In this document: piece after piece, positions 10,335 through 19,983 of the stretch | Layout of the letters: each line of letters starts with the position of its first letter | Position numbering within the stretch: position 1 is the stretch's first letter | Source: an uncultured Alphaproteobacteria bacterium | GTDB lineage: Bacteria > Pseudomonadota > Alphaproteobacteria > Rs-D84 | Length of the DNA stretch: 47,307 nucleotides | Direction of reading: 5' to 3' | Assembly: GCA_905234465.1 (NCBI GenBank) | Contig: CAJOHU010000003.1 | Coordinates: forward strand, 1-47,307 | Position numbers and translations under genes: made by a program | The notes under the pieces: generated by a model | Database searches by the model: none | Told to the model about the DNA's origin: nothing | What the model saw: the letters and a program-made list of their open reading frames with translations, nothing else

Positions 10335-12344
10335 TTAATAATGTTGACCGTCAACACTGATTCCGAATCTGAATTGGAAAGTCGTGTCCCCGACATAATC
10401 TGCCTTGACCGCGTTGTCGCGGCGGTATCCGAAACTAAGGTAATAACACGGGTGTTCGTAAAATATTGTGCCTGTGTGTCTTTGGAATTTTTCATTTGTT
10501 GCGTTATATACCGCGGTCCAACGCACCGACCACCGGTCTGTAATTTGTAATCCGACACCGCCCGCATATTCGTGAATAGTTTCTGCCATAGTTTGGGCAT
10601 CATAAAATTGTCTTGACCATATATGCCCGACATTTACAAAGTTTCGTGAATTTCCCAAAACAAAATTTGTTTCTGCATGCCGCAATGCCAAGTTTTCTTG
10701 TGCCAAGCGGAATCGCGAATATATATTAAACCATCTTTGTGTGTATCCGATTCTTCCAACATAATCAGATTGCCCATTACGAAACCCACTGTTTTTATCT
10801 GTATCTTCGCGTTTAGTAAAATCATATGTCTGACCAACGAATGCCTCAATAGTTTTTCCTTTGGCACTGAACGCAGACCAACGCAAACCGTAATCTGCAA
10901 ACGTTCCGTTTTCCCATAAATCTAACCCAGAAAAACGATTGTTTGAAAACAATGTCGCGTCAGATAACAACGCACCCACAGAATCATTGTTTTGTGCAAA
11001 TTGACTGTCTTTTATATGTCGCATAACTGTTAATCGGGCGCGTGGCTCTATGACCTGGTTCCAATTTTTCCCAGGTCTGAACAACGGCAGCCCCCATTCC
11101 AAGTATCCACTTGGTAAAAATCTGTTTTTAAGTCCAGAATATACATCGCCATCTGTCATAACTGTTTTGTTAAAGTTATAAAGGTCATATCGTGTTGCAA
11201 TACTTGCCGTCAAACGATTTCCGCCCCATATTGTCCATGGCGATGTTATGCGGGCTTCACCAATTATTCGTTGCGTTGACGCCTTGTCCCCTGATATGCC
11301 CAATATGTCGCCCATAAATGTTGCGTATGTTGATGCAAACATAGGCGCCGTTTGATATATTCCACGGACATTAGGTAAAATATTACCGTCGGGCACAGCA
11401 TGATTTCGTCCAGGCGTTCGTAAATCTTGGAATATATGCGCATCGGCAACAACATATCCAGACTGACCAAATAATTCAATTTTTCCACCAGAATCAAAAT
11501 AAGGCTGTTCATTATAAAATCCATATTTCTGTAAATATGTTCTGTCTGATGCGCGCGCTAAGAAAACCGTAGCGCGTGCATTATCACCCAATTCAATAAT
11601 ATCATCGTTAAAAATGTGCCAACGATTTTCGCCTTCGCGGTTATGGGTAAATGATGCGCGGGTTCTGAATTCAGAATGTGGTCCATTCAGACGATGTTCT
11701 AACTGGAACAATGGATTTTCTTGGGTCAAATATGAAAAAGTGAATGTCGCGTCATTTGTGTCAGACATATAAACATAAAATGGAACATTTATTTGGGTCC
11801 CCATTTTATTGGTTGATTCAAGGTTAGGCATCAAAAAACCTGTCTTATGTTTAACACCCGGATCAGGCATTGCAAAATATGGCAACCACATCACAGGTAT
11901 ATCATATGTCCAAAACACCATGTTATAGAATTTTAACATGCGTTCTTCCAAATTATGTTTAACCTTTTTTGATGTGATATCCCACGCGTCTCCGAAACTA
12001 TCGCAATTTTTACATGCAGTAAACATAGCATCTTTGGCAATGGTTATATCGCCATCACGGGTAATATTATCAGATTCTAAATAAACATGCGGCCCCAGCC
12101 ATATTTCAATATCATTTCCCGACAAATCTGTACCTTTGCGATTCATATACGAATCTGTTAATGTCATTTTCTGACCAGATTTATTTGTGACTTCGGTCTT
12201 GCCGGTTGTTTTAATTGTTTCAGATTTAAGGTCGTATTCAATTTTGTCCGCCTGGATAAATGCGGGTTCTGTTAAATCAACCGCCACGGCGAACGCCGCG
12301 GACGATACAAATATCGGCAAAAAGGCAAATAAAAACATTCTCAT
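10335..12344 (-). CDS. lptD: LPS assembly protein LptD
   Basis: Signal peptide from ATG 12344 (ATGA overlap with the lptF stop), 'FTACKNC', 'KHKTGFLMP', 'LFSNNRFSGLDLWENG', beta-barrel C-terminus. Confidence 0.9.
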   Translation of the reverse strand: MRMFLFAFLPIFVSSAAFAVAVDLTEPAFIQADKIEYDLKSETIKTTGKTEVTNKSGQKMTLTDSYMNRKGTDLSGNDIEIWLGPHVYLESDNITRDGDITIAKDAMFTACKNCDSFGDAWDITSKKVKHNLEERMLKFYNMVFWTYDIPVMWLPYFAMPDPGVKHKTGFLMPNLESTNKMGTQINVPFYVYMSDTNDATFTFSYLTQENPLFQLEHRLNGPHSEFRTRASFTHNREGENRWHIFNDDIIELGDNARATVFLARASDRTYLQKYGFYNEQPYFDSGGKIELFGQSGYVVADAHIFQDLRTPGRNHAVPDGNILPNVRGIYQTAPMFASTYATFMGDILGISGDKASTQRIIGEARITSPWTIWGGNRLTASIATRYDLYNFNKTVMTDGDVYSGLKNRFLPSGYLEWGLPLFRPGKNWNQVIEPRARLTVMRHIKDSQFAQNNDSVGALLSDATLFSNNRFSGLDLWENGTFADYGLRWSAFSAKGKTIEAFVGQTYDFTKREDTDKNSGFRNGQSDYVGRIGYTQRWFNIYSRFRLAQENLALRHAETNFVLGNSRNFVNVGHIWSRQFYDAQTMAETIHEYAGGVGLQITDRWSVRWTAVYNATNEKFQRHTGTIFYEHPCYYLSFGYRRDNAVKADYVGDTTFQFRFGISVDGQHY

Positions 12345-13399
12345 TTTCTGATTAACAGTATTGTTATTCCCCCAATCAATATGATTTGCGCAAAACACAG
12401 CAGCACCAAATCAGTGACATTATTCAACATACTGGATAAAGACATAAATGAAGCCATAACCCCGGACATTACGATAACCGTTGCGGCGGGCGCAAAACTT
12501 GCACGACGGCGCAGTAAAGACGACCTCAATAATATCGTCACACACAACAGCGCCAAAACAAGATTCATCATCGGTCCCAAGAACCGATTACACAATTCAG
12601 ACATAATCGTTTTGTACTGCTTCTGGGTGATGTTTTGTGAAATTACCTTTAACAAATACGTCGTTGGCATACGACGCGCCCTGAATGAAGATGCACCGCT
12701 TTTTTCTGTGACACTTAAATCCATATCAAAACTGTCAAATGTTCCAATAACATCGCTTTTCCCGCGCATCTGCAAAGAACCATCTGTCATGACAATAGAA
12801 AGCCCGCGCATAGTTGTCACCAATTTGCCAGTGTTTGCAAATATTGCCAGTTGGGTTTTATCGTTGCGTGTATCAGACAACATTACTTGATTCAAATCGT
12901 ACCCAGAAACCTTGTCCACATACACCACCAGACCATGTGACATTTCGGTAAATGCACCTTCTTGTAATTTAAGGTGTGCCAACCCGTATCGCAAATTCCA
13001 TTGTGTATCATAGAATTTAGCCTGGGTTGTGGGCACAATCCATATGTTCAGTACCAGATGTACAATCGTGATTATCCCCGCAAGAATCAATGCGGGTCGC
13101 GCAATGCGTGCCGGTGAAGAACCCGCACCTGCGATAACTACAACTTCGTTATCACCAATCATTTTGTTGTATACAAACAAAATCGCGATAAATGTGACAA
13201 ATGGAACAATAATAGACAAAATAAACGGAACCATCATAATGGTAAGCCCCAAAAAATTGGTCAATTCAACGCCATAATTCATCAAAAATTTCATCATAGA
13301 CATAATCTGGACCATCCATGCCAGTCCAGTTAGAATCAATAACAGCATTATGAAAACACCAATTAATTGTCGTATAAAATATTTATCTATGATTTTCAT
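12341..13399 (-). CDS. lptF: LPS export permease LptF/LptG family
   Basis: 'MKIIDKYFIRQL', multi-TM, 'DNEVVVIAGAGSSP', 'LQEGAFT'; upstream of lptD. Confidence 0.8.
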   Translation of the reverse strand: MKIIDKYFIRQLIGVFIMLLLILTGLAWMVQIMSMMKFLMNYGVELTNFLGLTIMMVPFILSIIVPFVTFIAILFVYNKMIGDNEVVVIAGAGSSPARIARPALILAGIITIVHLVLNIWIVPTTQAKFYDTQWNLRYGLAHLKLQEGAFTEMSHGLVVYVDKVSGYDLNQVMLSDTRNDKTQLAIFANTGKLVTTMRGLSIVMTDGSLQMRGKSDVIGTFDSFDMDLSVTEKSGASSFRARRMPTTYLLKVISQNITQKQYKTIMSELCNRFLGPMMNLVLALLCVTILLRSSLLRRRASFAPAATVIVMSGVMASFMSLSSMLNNVTDLVLLCFAQIILIGGITILLIRK

Positions 13400-13455
13400 T
13401 ATTTGTAAGTATAAAACCCAAAACAACCACCGTCAAATATATTATTAAAAAATAG

Positions 13456-13483
13456 TTGATTTTCACCGATTCGGTGTTATAAT
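13456..13483 (+). promoter_or_regulatory. Putative sigma70 promoter of nusA-infB
   Basis: TTGATT-N16-TATAAT; the spacer contains the small dyad CACCGATTCGGTG. Confidence 0.55.
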
Positions 13484-13509
13484 CAGCATGTTCTTAAAAG
13501 ATTAAATTT

Positions 13510-13538
13510 TAAGGGCGGGGCAAAAAACCCCGCCCTTA
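13510..13538 (+). promoter_or_regulatory. Leader hairpin upstream of nusA (rimP-leader-like attenuator)
   Basis: TAAGGGCGGGG-CAAAAAA-CCCCGCCCTTA with a poor U-tract, between promoter and nusA. NusA-dependent leader terminators are known for this operon. Confidence 0.55.
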
Positions 13539-13583
13539 TAGATAAACAAGACGTAAAATAAAATACCAAGGGAGAAAACACAA

Positions 13584-15128
13584 ATGTCTTTTGTTTCTAT
13601 GCCGCGTCAGGATTTATTGTTGGCCATTGATTCATTGGCTGCGGAAAAGCAAATTGACCGCGAAACGGTTTTTAGTTCATTAGAAGCGGCAATCGCCAAA
13701 ATCGCAAAACATAAATATGGCGAAGAATTTAACATTGTTGCAAATATTGACCGCAAAAACGGCGCAATCCACGTTAAACGTTTATTTGATGTTATTGAAT
13801 CGCCGGAATCTGTGGGCGAAGAATATAACCCATCAACAATGTTGACCGTCCCCCAGGCAAAAAAATATTCTGAAAACCCATCTGTTGGCGATGTTGTTGA
13901 AGACCCATTACCGGAACCTGAATTTGGACGCATGGCATTTCAAACTGCGCGACAAATTATGACTGCGCGCGTTCGCGATGCGGAAAAGGGCCGTCAATAC
14001 GAAGAATTCAAAGACAATATTGGTGATATCGTCAGTGGTGTTGTTAAACGTATAGAGTTTGGAAATGTCTTTGTTGATATTAATGGCAAAGCCGAAGGTT
14101 ATATTAAAAACACAGAACTGATACCGGGCGAAAAGTTGGCGGTTGGTGACCGTGTTCGTGCATTGATTATGGATGTGACGCGTTCAAATTCTGGACCTCA
14201 GATTTTCTTGACGCGCACACACCCGCTGTTTATGGAAAAACTGTTTGTCCAAGAAGTACCGGAAATATACGAAGGTATCATTAAAATTAAATCTGTATCC
14301 CGTGCACCGGGTTCACATGCAAAAATCGCGGTTGAAACCGCAGACCCGTCTATTGATGCGGTTGGTATGACTGTCGGTATCAAAGGTACACGTATTCAAC
14401 CGGTTATAAATGAATGCAATGGCGAAAAGATTGATGTTATTTTATATTCCGAAGACCCTGCGGTATTTATCGTTAATGCAATGCAACCGGCCAAGGTCGC
14501 AAAAATCATTGTTGATGAAGACACACGCACGGCGGTTGTGGTCGTAAACGAAGATCAACAGTCTTTGGCGATTGGTCGCCGCGGACAGAATGTTCGTTTG
14601 GCATCTCAATTAACTGGATGGAAAATTGACGTTGTTAACGAAGCCCAAGAACAAGAACGTCGCGCCAAGGAAGTCAAAGAAAAGACGGAATTATTCATAC
14701 GCGGTCTGGACGTAGATGAAATGATTGCGCACCTGTTGGTATCCGAAGGTTTCCGCACAATTGAAGAAATCGCATTTGTTGAATTGAAAGAATTAGAATC
14801 TATTGAAGGATTCAATACAGAACTTGCGATTGAATTACAGAATCGTGCCAAAGCATATCTTGCCAAGGTTGAACAAGATTACTTTGATGAAGGTCACAAA
14901 TTGGGTATGAGTGACGATTTGTTAAAATTTGATTTTATCAAACGTCCTATTATCATGAAATTGGGCGAATCAGGTATCAAGACTTTGTCTGATTTGGCAG
15001 ATTTGGCGTCTGATGAATTGGTTGAAATATTGGGCGAAGAAACGATGAGTGCGCGTCTTGCAGGTCGTGTGATTATGAAGGCGCGTGAAATCGCATTTGG
15101 TATCACACAAACCGAAGAAGAAGAATAA
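13584..15128 (+). CDS. nusA: Transcription elongation factor NusA
   Basis: 'FGRMAFQTARQ', S1 and KH domains, 'SLAIGRRGQNVRLASQLTGWKIDV', acidic repeats. Confidence 0.98.
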   Translation: MSFVSMPRQDLLLAIDSLAAEKQIDRETVFSSLEAAIAKIAKHKYGEEFNIVANIDRKNGAIHVKRLFDVIESPESVGEEYNPSTMLTVPQAKKYSENPSVGDVVEDPLPEPEFGRMAFQTARQIMTARVRDAEKGRQYEEFKDNIGDIVSGVVKRIEFGNVFVDINGKAEGYIKNTELIPGEKLAVGDRVRALIMDVTRSNSGPQIFLTRTHPLFMEKLFVQEVPEIYEGIIKIKSVSRAPGSHAKIAVETADPSIDAVGMTVGIKGTRIQPVINECNGEKIDVILYSEDPAVFIVNAMQPAKVAKIIVDEDTRTAVVVVNEDQQSLAIGRRGQNVRLASQLTGWKIDVVNEAQEQERRAKEVKEKTELFIRGLDVDEMIAHLLVSEGFRTIEEIAFVELKELESIEGFNTELAIELQNRAKAYLAKVEQDYFDEGHKLGMSDDLLKFDFIKRPIIMKLGESGIKTLSDLADLASDELVEILGEETMSARLAGRVIMKAREIAFGITQTEEEE

Positions 15129-15146
15129 AAAAACAAAGGGTGAAAT

Positions 15147-17555
15147 ATGGCAACATTGACACTTGGAAAATCTGTGACGCTTGACGCGGTGCAAAGCAAA
15201 AAGGGTGATTCCGTTTTTGTTGAACGCCGTCGCCGTGTTCTTGCCCCAGGCAGCAATGAATTGCGTGAAGAACCTGCGGCACCTGTAAAAACCCGGAATA
15301 ATCCGGCGGATGAAAAACTGCGTGCCGTACTTGAAGCGGCGCATGCCCGTGAAGAAGAACGCAGAAAACGCGAAGCAGAAGAAGCCGCTGCGCGTGCCGC
15401 GCGCGAAGCTGAAATTGCCCGCGAAAACAAAGAATACGAACAGGTCAAAGAACAACTGGCTGCCCGTGAAAATGTTGCCACACCCGTTGAAGACGATTCT
15501 GAACAGGTGCAAGAAATTCCATCTGGACGTACATCTCAACAATTTAAAAAATCACAACAGTCGCGTCGCAATGATTCTGATGATGAAGACACCCCGGCAA
15601 ATTCGCGCCGAAATTCTAAATTTGGTGGTGGCAAAAAAGAATTTACCAAAACAGGAAAGATTTCTTTGCACGATATTGTAATGGGTGATGAAGACGATGA
15701 AGATTCTATTGGAATTCGTGGCGCAAATCGCCGCCGATCCGAAGCGTCTTTGAAACGTTTCCGTGAAAAAGCACGCGCTATGTTCAATGCCCCACAAAAA
15801 GTATCGCACGAAGTGACACTGGGTGACACCATCGTCGTCAAAGATTTGGCGGCGGCAATGGCAGAAAAGGTTGGTAATGTAATTAAGAAATTGATGGAAA
15901 TGGGGATGATGGTTTCCCAAAATCAATCTATTGATGCGGATACTGCAGAAATTATCGCAGGTGAATTTGGTGCAACAGTGAAACGCGTAGAAATAAAACC
16001 ATACGCAGACCAAATTGAACGCGCACCAAACCCGGAACATTTGGTTCCGCGCGCACCTATTGTGACGGTTGTTGGGCATGTTGACCATGGAAAAACATCG
16101 TTGCTTGATGCGTTTCGCAATGCGAATGTTGTCGCCGGTGAAGCGGGTGGCATTACCCAGCATATTTCTTCGTATGAAGTAAAAACAAAGTCTGGTGCGA
16201 TAATCACATTCTTGGATACACCGGGACATGAAACATTTACGGCGATGCGTGCACGTGGTGCGCAAATGGCGGATATCGTCGTTTTGGTTGTTGCGGCGAA
16301 TGATTCTATTATGCCCCAAACGATTGAAGCCATAAATCACATCCGTGCTGCCAAGGTTCCTTTTATTGTCGCGATAAATAAAATAGATTTACCCGAAGCC
16401 AATCCTCAACGTGTAAAAACAGATTTATTGCAACAGGAAGTTCAGGTAGAAGAAATGGGTGGTGATGTTCAGTGCGTTGAAATTTCTGCCAAACAGAAAA
16501 TCGGGCTGGATAAGTTAGAAGATGCAATATTATTACAGGCGGCAATGATGGATTTGCGTGCAGACCCAGATATGCCCGCGGTTGCAACGGTGGTAGAGGC
16601 AAAAATGGAACGCGGTTTGGGCGCGGTTGCCACCGTGATTATTCGCCAGGGTACATTAAAGATTGGCGATGTGTTTGTTGTTGGTGAAACATTCGGACGC
16701 GTGCGTGGTCTGATTATGTCAAATGGCGAAAGGGTCAAAATGGTTAAACCAGCGCAACCTGTAATGGTATTGGGACTGGATTCTGTACCGGCGGCGGGTG
16801 ACCAATTAAATGTTATGGAAACAGAATCACAATGTCGTGAAGTTGCGGCATATCGCACCCAACGCGCGCGTGACAAGGCAAATGCGGTTAAACGTTCTTC
16901 ATTGGAAGAATTGTTTGCGCGCCAAACGAATGATGACAAGAAATTGACTTTGCCGATTGTTCTGCGCGCCGATGTTCAAGGCAGCGTTGAGGCGATAACC
17001 GATATGATTCGCGGAATTAATACAGACAAAGTTGGGGTTGATGTGTTGTCTGCGGGCGTTGGTCAAATTACCGAAGGCGATGTGCGTTTGGCAATCGCAT
17101 CTGGGGCGGTTATAATTGCGTTCAATGTACGCGCAGATTCTGCGGTTCGTGACATGGCACGCGCGGGCGGTGTTGATATTCGGTATCACAGCGTTGTGTA
17201 CCGCATTACTGATGAAATCAAAGAAATTTTATCTGGGAAATTGGCTCCTGAAAAGAAAGAAAACTTTATTGGGTATGCAGATGTTATTGCACTGTTCACG
17301 GTGGGCAAGGGCATTCGTGTCGCGGGTTGCCGTATGAGCGAAGGCACCATCAAGAAAGATGCATTTGTACGGTTGTTGCGCAACAACGTTGTTATATATG
17401 ATGGCAAAATTGGCGAATTGCGCCGCGAAAAGAATGAAGTCAAAGAAGTCAGCGGTGGCGTAGAATTCGGAATGAGTTTTGATAAATATAACGACCTGAA
17501 AGAAGGTGACCGCGTAGAATGCTATGAAGTCCAAGAAGTTAAGGCGCAATTATAG
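15147..17555 (+). CDS. infB: Translation initiation factor IF-2
   Basis: [29 protein letters not shown], 'RADVQGS'. Confidence 0.98.
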   Translation: MATLTLGKSVTLDAVQSKKGDSVFVERRRRVLAPGSNELREEPAAPVKTRNNPADEKLRAVLEAAHAREEERRKREAEEAAARAAREAEIARENKEYEQVKEQLAARENVATPVEDDSEQVQEIPSGRTSQQFKKSQQSRRNDSDDEDTPANSRRNSKFGGGKKEFTKTGKISLHDIVMGDEDDEDSIGIRGANRRRSEASLKRFREKARAMFNAPQKVSHEVTLGDTIVVKDLAAAMAEKVGNVIKKLMEMGMMVSQNQSIDADTAEIIAGEFGATVKRVEIKPYADQIERAPNPEHLVPRAPIVTVVGHVDHGKTSLLDAFRNANVVAGEAGGITQHISSYEVKTKSGAIITFLDTPGHETFTAMRARGAQMADIVVLVVAANDSIMPQTIEAINHIRAAKVPFIVAINKIDLPEANPQRVKTDLLQQEVQVEEMGGDVQCVEISAKQKIGLDKLEDAILLQAAMMDLRADPDMPAVATVVEAKMERGLGAVATVIIRQGTLKIGDVFVVGETFGRVRGLIMSNGERVKMVKPAQPVMVLGLDSVPAAGDQLNVMETESQCREVAAYRTQRARDKANAVKRSSLEELFARQTNDDKKLTLPIVLRADVQGSVEAITDMIRGINTDKVGVDVLSAGVGQITEGDVRLAIASGAVIIAFNVRADSAVRDMARAGGVDIRYHSVVYRITDEIKEILSGKLAPEKKENFIGYADVIALFTVGKGIRVAGCRMSEGTIKKDAFVRLLRNNVVIYDGKIGELRREKNEVKEVSGGVEFGMSFDKYNDLKEGDRVECYEVQEVKAQL

Positions 17556-17586
17556 TGATTTGTTAATTATGATTACGGCGAAATAT

Positions 17587-17633
17587 TGGCACGCCCGGCA
17601 GGACTCGAACCTGCAATCCACAGATTAGAAATC
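17587..17633 (-). pseudogene. Displaced 3' half of host tRNA-Arg(TCT), anticodon loop through CCA (left attachment site)
   Basis: Minus strand reads GATTTCTAATCTGTGGATT-GCAGG-TTCGAGT-CCTGC-CGGGCGT-G-CCA. No D arm upstream; it pairs with the 5' half at 32263-32302. Confidence 0.93.
17623..17633 (+). repeat. att core, left copy (GATTAGAAATC)
   Basis: Identical 11-mer at 32263-32273; equals the 7-nt anticodon loop plus 2 stem bp on each side. Confidence 0.9.
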
Positions 17634-17706
17634 GTCTGAATCCAAACCGATTGTTTACCCAATTTCCGCCCCTTTCCGCCATTTTACCCCCGCCCCAACC
17701 ACCACC

Positions 17707-17731
17707 CTATGTAGCAAATATGTAACATTTT
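17707..17731 (+). repeat. Putative integrase arm-type sites (2 x TATGTARCA)
   Basis: CTATGTAGCAAATATGTAACATTTT is repeated exactly at 32113-32137. Confidence 0.8.
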
Positions 17732-17822
17732 TTATAAAAATTGCTGTCGCATCACCCGTTCAAAAAACGCTTTTTCTACAAAAAGTTTGACAAGTTGCTC
17801 TGTTTATACCATCCTCTTGTCA

Positions 17823-17876
17823 GAGGTTCGGCTGAGGGGTTGCTAATGGTGACTCCAACTGCATTACCTCTTTTTT
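17823..17876 (+). other. Structured non-coding segment ending in a T-run (possible small RNA)
   Basis: GAGGT...ACCTC outer stem, inner GGGGTTGC-TAATG-GTGACTCC stem, then TTTTTT; TTGACA upstream at 17787. Confidence 0.35.
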
Positions 17877-17877
17877 C

Positions 17878-17907
17878 TTGACGTATAGGTGGTTTTTATG
17901 ATATAAT
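17878..17907 (+). promoter_or_regulatory. Putative sigma70 promoter
   Basis: TTGACG-N18-TATAAT; the string TTTTTATGATATAAT recurs at 18003-18017. Confidence 0.55.
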
Positions 17908-18071
17908 ACGTCCCGAAAAGAAGGGTGCAAAACCATAATGGTTGTTGCCCATTTTTTTGTTCCTATAGTTAAAAATTGTAAAAACGTATTACGTTTATGC
18001 TTTTTTTATGATATAATCTGCTTGAAAATAGTGTTTTTTGTGCTACTTATTATAAAACCAAGGGTCAAACT

Positions 18072-19403
18072 ATGTATATTAAACTGCAAAATGTTGGTGC
18101 GATCAAAGAAGCAACGGTTGATTTAACCGGACTGTCTGTTATTGCCGGAAAAAATGGGACCGGTAAAAGCACTATTGGCAAAACTGTTTACACAATAATC
18201 AAATCTATTCAGGAACAAGATAAAATTGTGGCAAAAAAACAGAGAGATTTTATTGAGTGGGCATGCAAAAACATCTACTTTCAGTTACAGGGATTTATAT
18301 CAAGAGCAGCTAGTGTCCAACAATCGGTTAATTCCGATACGGAATTGTTAGAATCTTCGTTTCAATATGGGGCATTTGAACAGCAATTAACACAACATGT
18401 TTTTGAAGAAAAAGATTTGAATACGGCATATGCACTTATAGATTCAAGAATAGTGTCTGTCGATAAATTTTCTGAAATAGTTGACGATCCAACTAAATCA
18501 AAAGTAAAAGAAATATTAAAAAGTATAAAAGATAAGTTGGTACCGATAGATACTGGTACTGCATTAAAAGAATCCTTGCTTTTTATGTATCAAAATGTTT
18601 TTGATGGACAGATTAACAATTTAAAATCACACATAACATCCGAAGTCGATTTTAGCGGATTGTTGAAATATTCCGTATCAAATAATGCTGACACTATGTC
18701 TTTCTCTGACAGGCTGAAAATAACTTATGCTGATACACAAATACAACAAAAAGTATTTCAAGACGCAACTTTTATTGAGACCCCTCTGGTATTGCAGATA
18801 GAAAAAATTAGAAATATTGAAGCACTTCCTATCTATTGGAAAGATTTGTTGAGAAAAGTAACAATGCAATCTATTGATGCAACGTTACAAAATGATAATG
18901 TTAAGGAAGTTGTAACAGATGTATCTAATGCTTTAGGCGGTTCTTTAGAATACAACACAAACACAAGAAGGTTTGAGTTTATAAAGAAAGATTTTGGTAA
19001 TGGTGCAAATGTTTCTATTGGTAACGCGGCATCAGGTGAAAAAATCCTTGGCATATTTCAACGGTTAGCATTAAAGGGTTTGTTCGGTCCAGATAAAATT
19101 TTGATTTTAGATGAACCAGAAAATCATTTACACCCAGAGTGGTTAGCTGTTTTAGCAGAGGTGCTGGTAAAATTATCTATTGCTAAATGTCCTATTCTTG
19201 TTACTTCGCATAGTCCGGATCTGTTGCAGGCTATAAGATATTATGCAAAAAAACATGGTTTATCTCAATTAAAGATGTATTTGGCTGATAGTAAAACGCA
19301 AGTCGTTGAAGATAAAACTGGCAGAGAATACGAAATATTTGATAATTTATCAAAACCAATAAATGACATATTTAAGTTTTCTGTTGAAGAAGCATTTGCT
19401 TAA
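18072..19403 (+). CDS. ABC/AAA-family ATPase (AAA_15/AAA_21-like), putative defence component
   Basis: Walker A GKNGTGKST, signature 'AASGEK', Walker B/D-loop 'LILDEPENHLHPEW', H-loop 'TSHSP'. No TM partner; AT-rich. Confidence 0.85.
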   Translation: MYIKLQNVGAIKEATVDLTGLSVIAGKNGTGKSTIGKTVYTIIKSIQEQDKIVAKKQRDFIEWACKNIYFQLQGFISRAASVQQSVNSDTELLESSFQYGAFEQQLTQHVFEEKDLNTAYALIDSRIVSVDKFSEIVDDPTKSKVKEILKSIKDKLVPIDTGTALKESLLFMYQNVFDGQINNLKSHITSEVDFSGLLKYSVSNNADTMSFSDRLKITYADTQIQQKVFQDATFIETPLVLQIEKIRNIEALPIYWKDLLRKVTMQSIDATLQNDNVKEVVTDVSNALGGSLEYNTNTRRFEFIKKDFGNGANVSIGNAASGEKILGIFQRLALKGLFGPDKILILDEPENHLHPEWLAVLAEVLVKLSIAKCPILVTSHSPDLLQAIRYYAKKHGLSQLKMYLADSKTQVVEDKTGREYEIFDNLSKPINDIFKFSVEEAFA

Positions 19404-19406
19404 TGG

Positions 19407-19955
19407 GTGGAATACGGTTTAACTATGCCAGATTATACGCGTTTTAAGAAAAGTTTTTGTGATTGTTGCAAAACCAAGAAAGATGGTAAATGTTTGCTTG
19501 GAATACAGCATTCTCGAACGATTCGTGATCATATTGACTTTATAGATTGGGAAGCCGTTATGGACACAAAAGGCCCCAATGAGCATGATTTGCCGAGATG
19601 CGATTCTGTTTATTTTCGTGATAATATAACATTTTTTATAGAACAAAAAAACGCAAAATGCTTTTTTGTCGATAATAGCTCTGAACCGAAAGATCCAGAG
19701 GATTTTACAGAGATTTTATTTGCAAAATTTGAAACATCTAAACGAATATTTGGGGAAGACGCTAAATTGTCAGATAAGATAGAATATGTTTTTTCTTATG
19801 ATTTTAACGATATTAACGAGCAAAAAAGATCTTTTTTGGAAAGAAATTTAAGGAATATATTTTTTGTGCGTTTAGATCTTAAGGGGATAATATATGGAAC
19901 TTGTGACCAAGTTGCTTATCATACAATACATGGCACAGAAATTGAAACTTTATAA
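19407..19955 (+). CDS. Hypothetical protein, possible PD-(D/E)xK nuclease partner of the ATPase
   Basis: 'PRCDSVYFRDNITFFIEQKN' fits D...ExK spacing; starts 3 bp after the ATPase stop (start codon uncertain). Confidence 0.5.
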   Translation: MEYGLTMPDYTRFKKSFCDCCKTKKDGKCLLGIQHSRTIRDHIDFIDWEAVMDTKGPNEHDLPRCDSVYFRDNITFFIEQKNAKCFFVDNSSEPKDPEDFTEILFAKFETSKRIFGEDAKLSDKIEYVFSYDFNDINEQKRSFLERNLRNIFFVRLDLKGIIYGTCDQVAYHTIHGTEIETL

Positions 19956-19983
19956 AAAACGTGGTCAATTGACCACGTTTTTT
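19954..19983. terminator. Bidirectional terminator / perfect 30-bp palindrome
   Basis: AAAAAACGTGGTCAATTGACCACGTTTTTT between two convergent stop codons. Confidence 0.8.

Noticed and set aside
14894-16939. Long antisense ORFs over nusA/infB, and similar ones over surA, lpxD and virD4
   Set aside because: Shadow frames of conserved genes, with no independent motifs or RBS.
17587-17633. Conventional att duplication of the 3' end of the tRNA at 31982-32058
   Set aside because: The sequences differ at many positions (acceptor, variable loop, anticodon stem). The fragment instead pairs with the 5' half at 32263-32302.
17823-17876. Fluoride or other known riboswitch
   Set aside because: I could not match the conserved cores on either strand; kept only as an unassigned structured segment.
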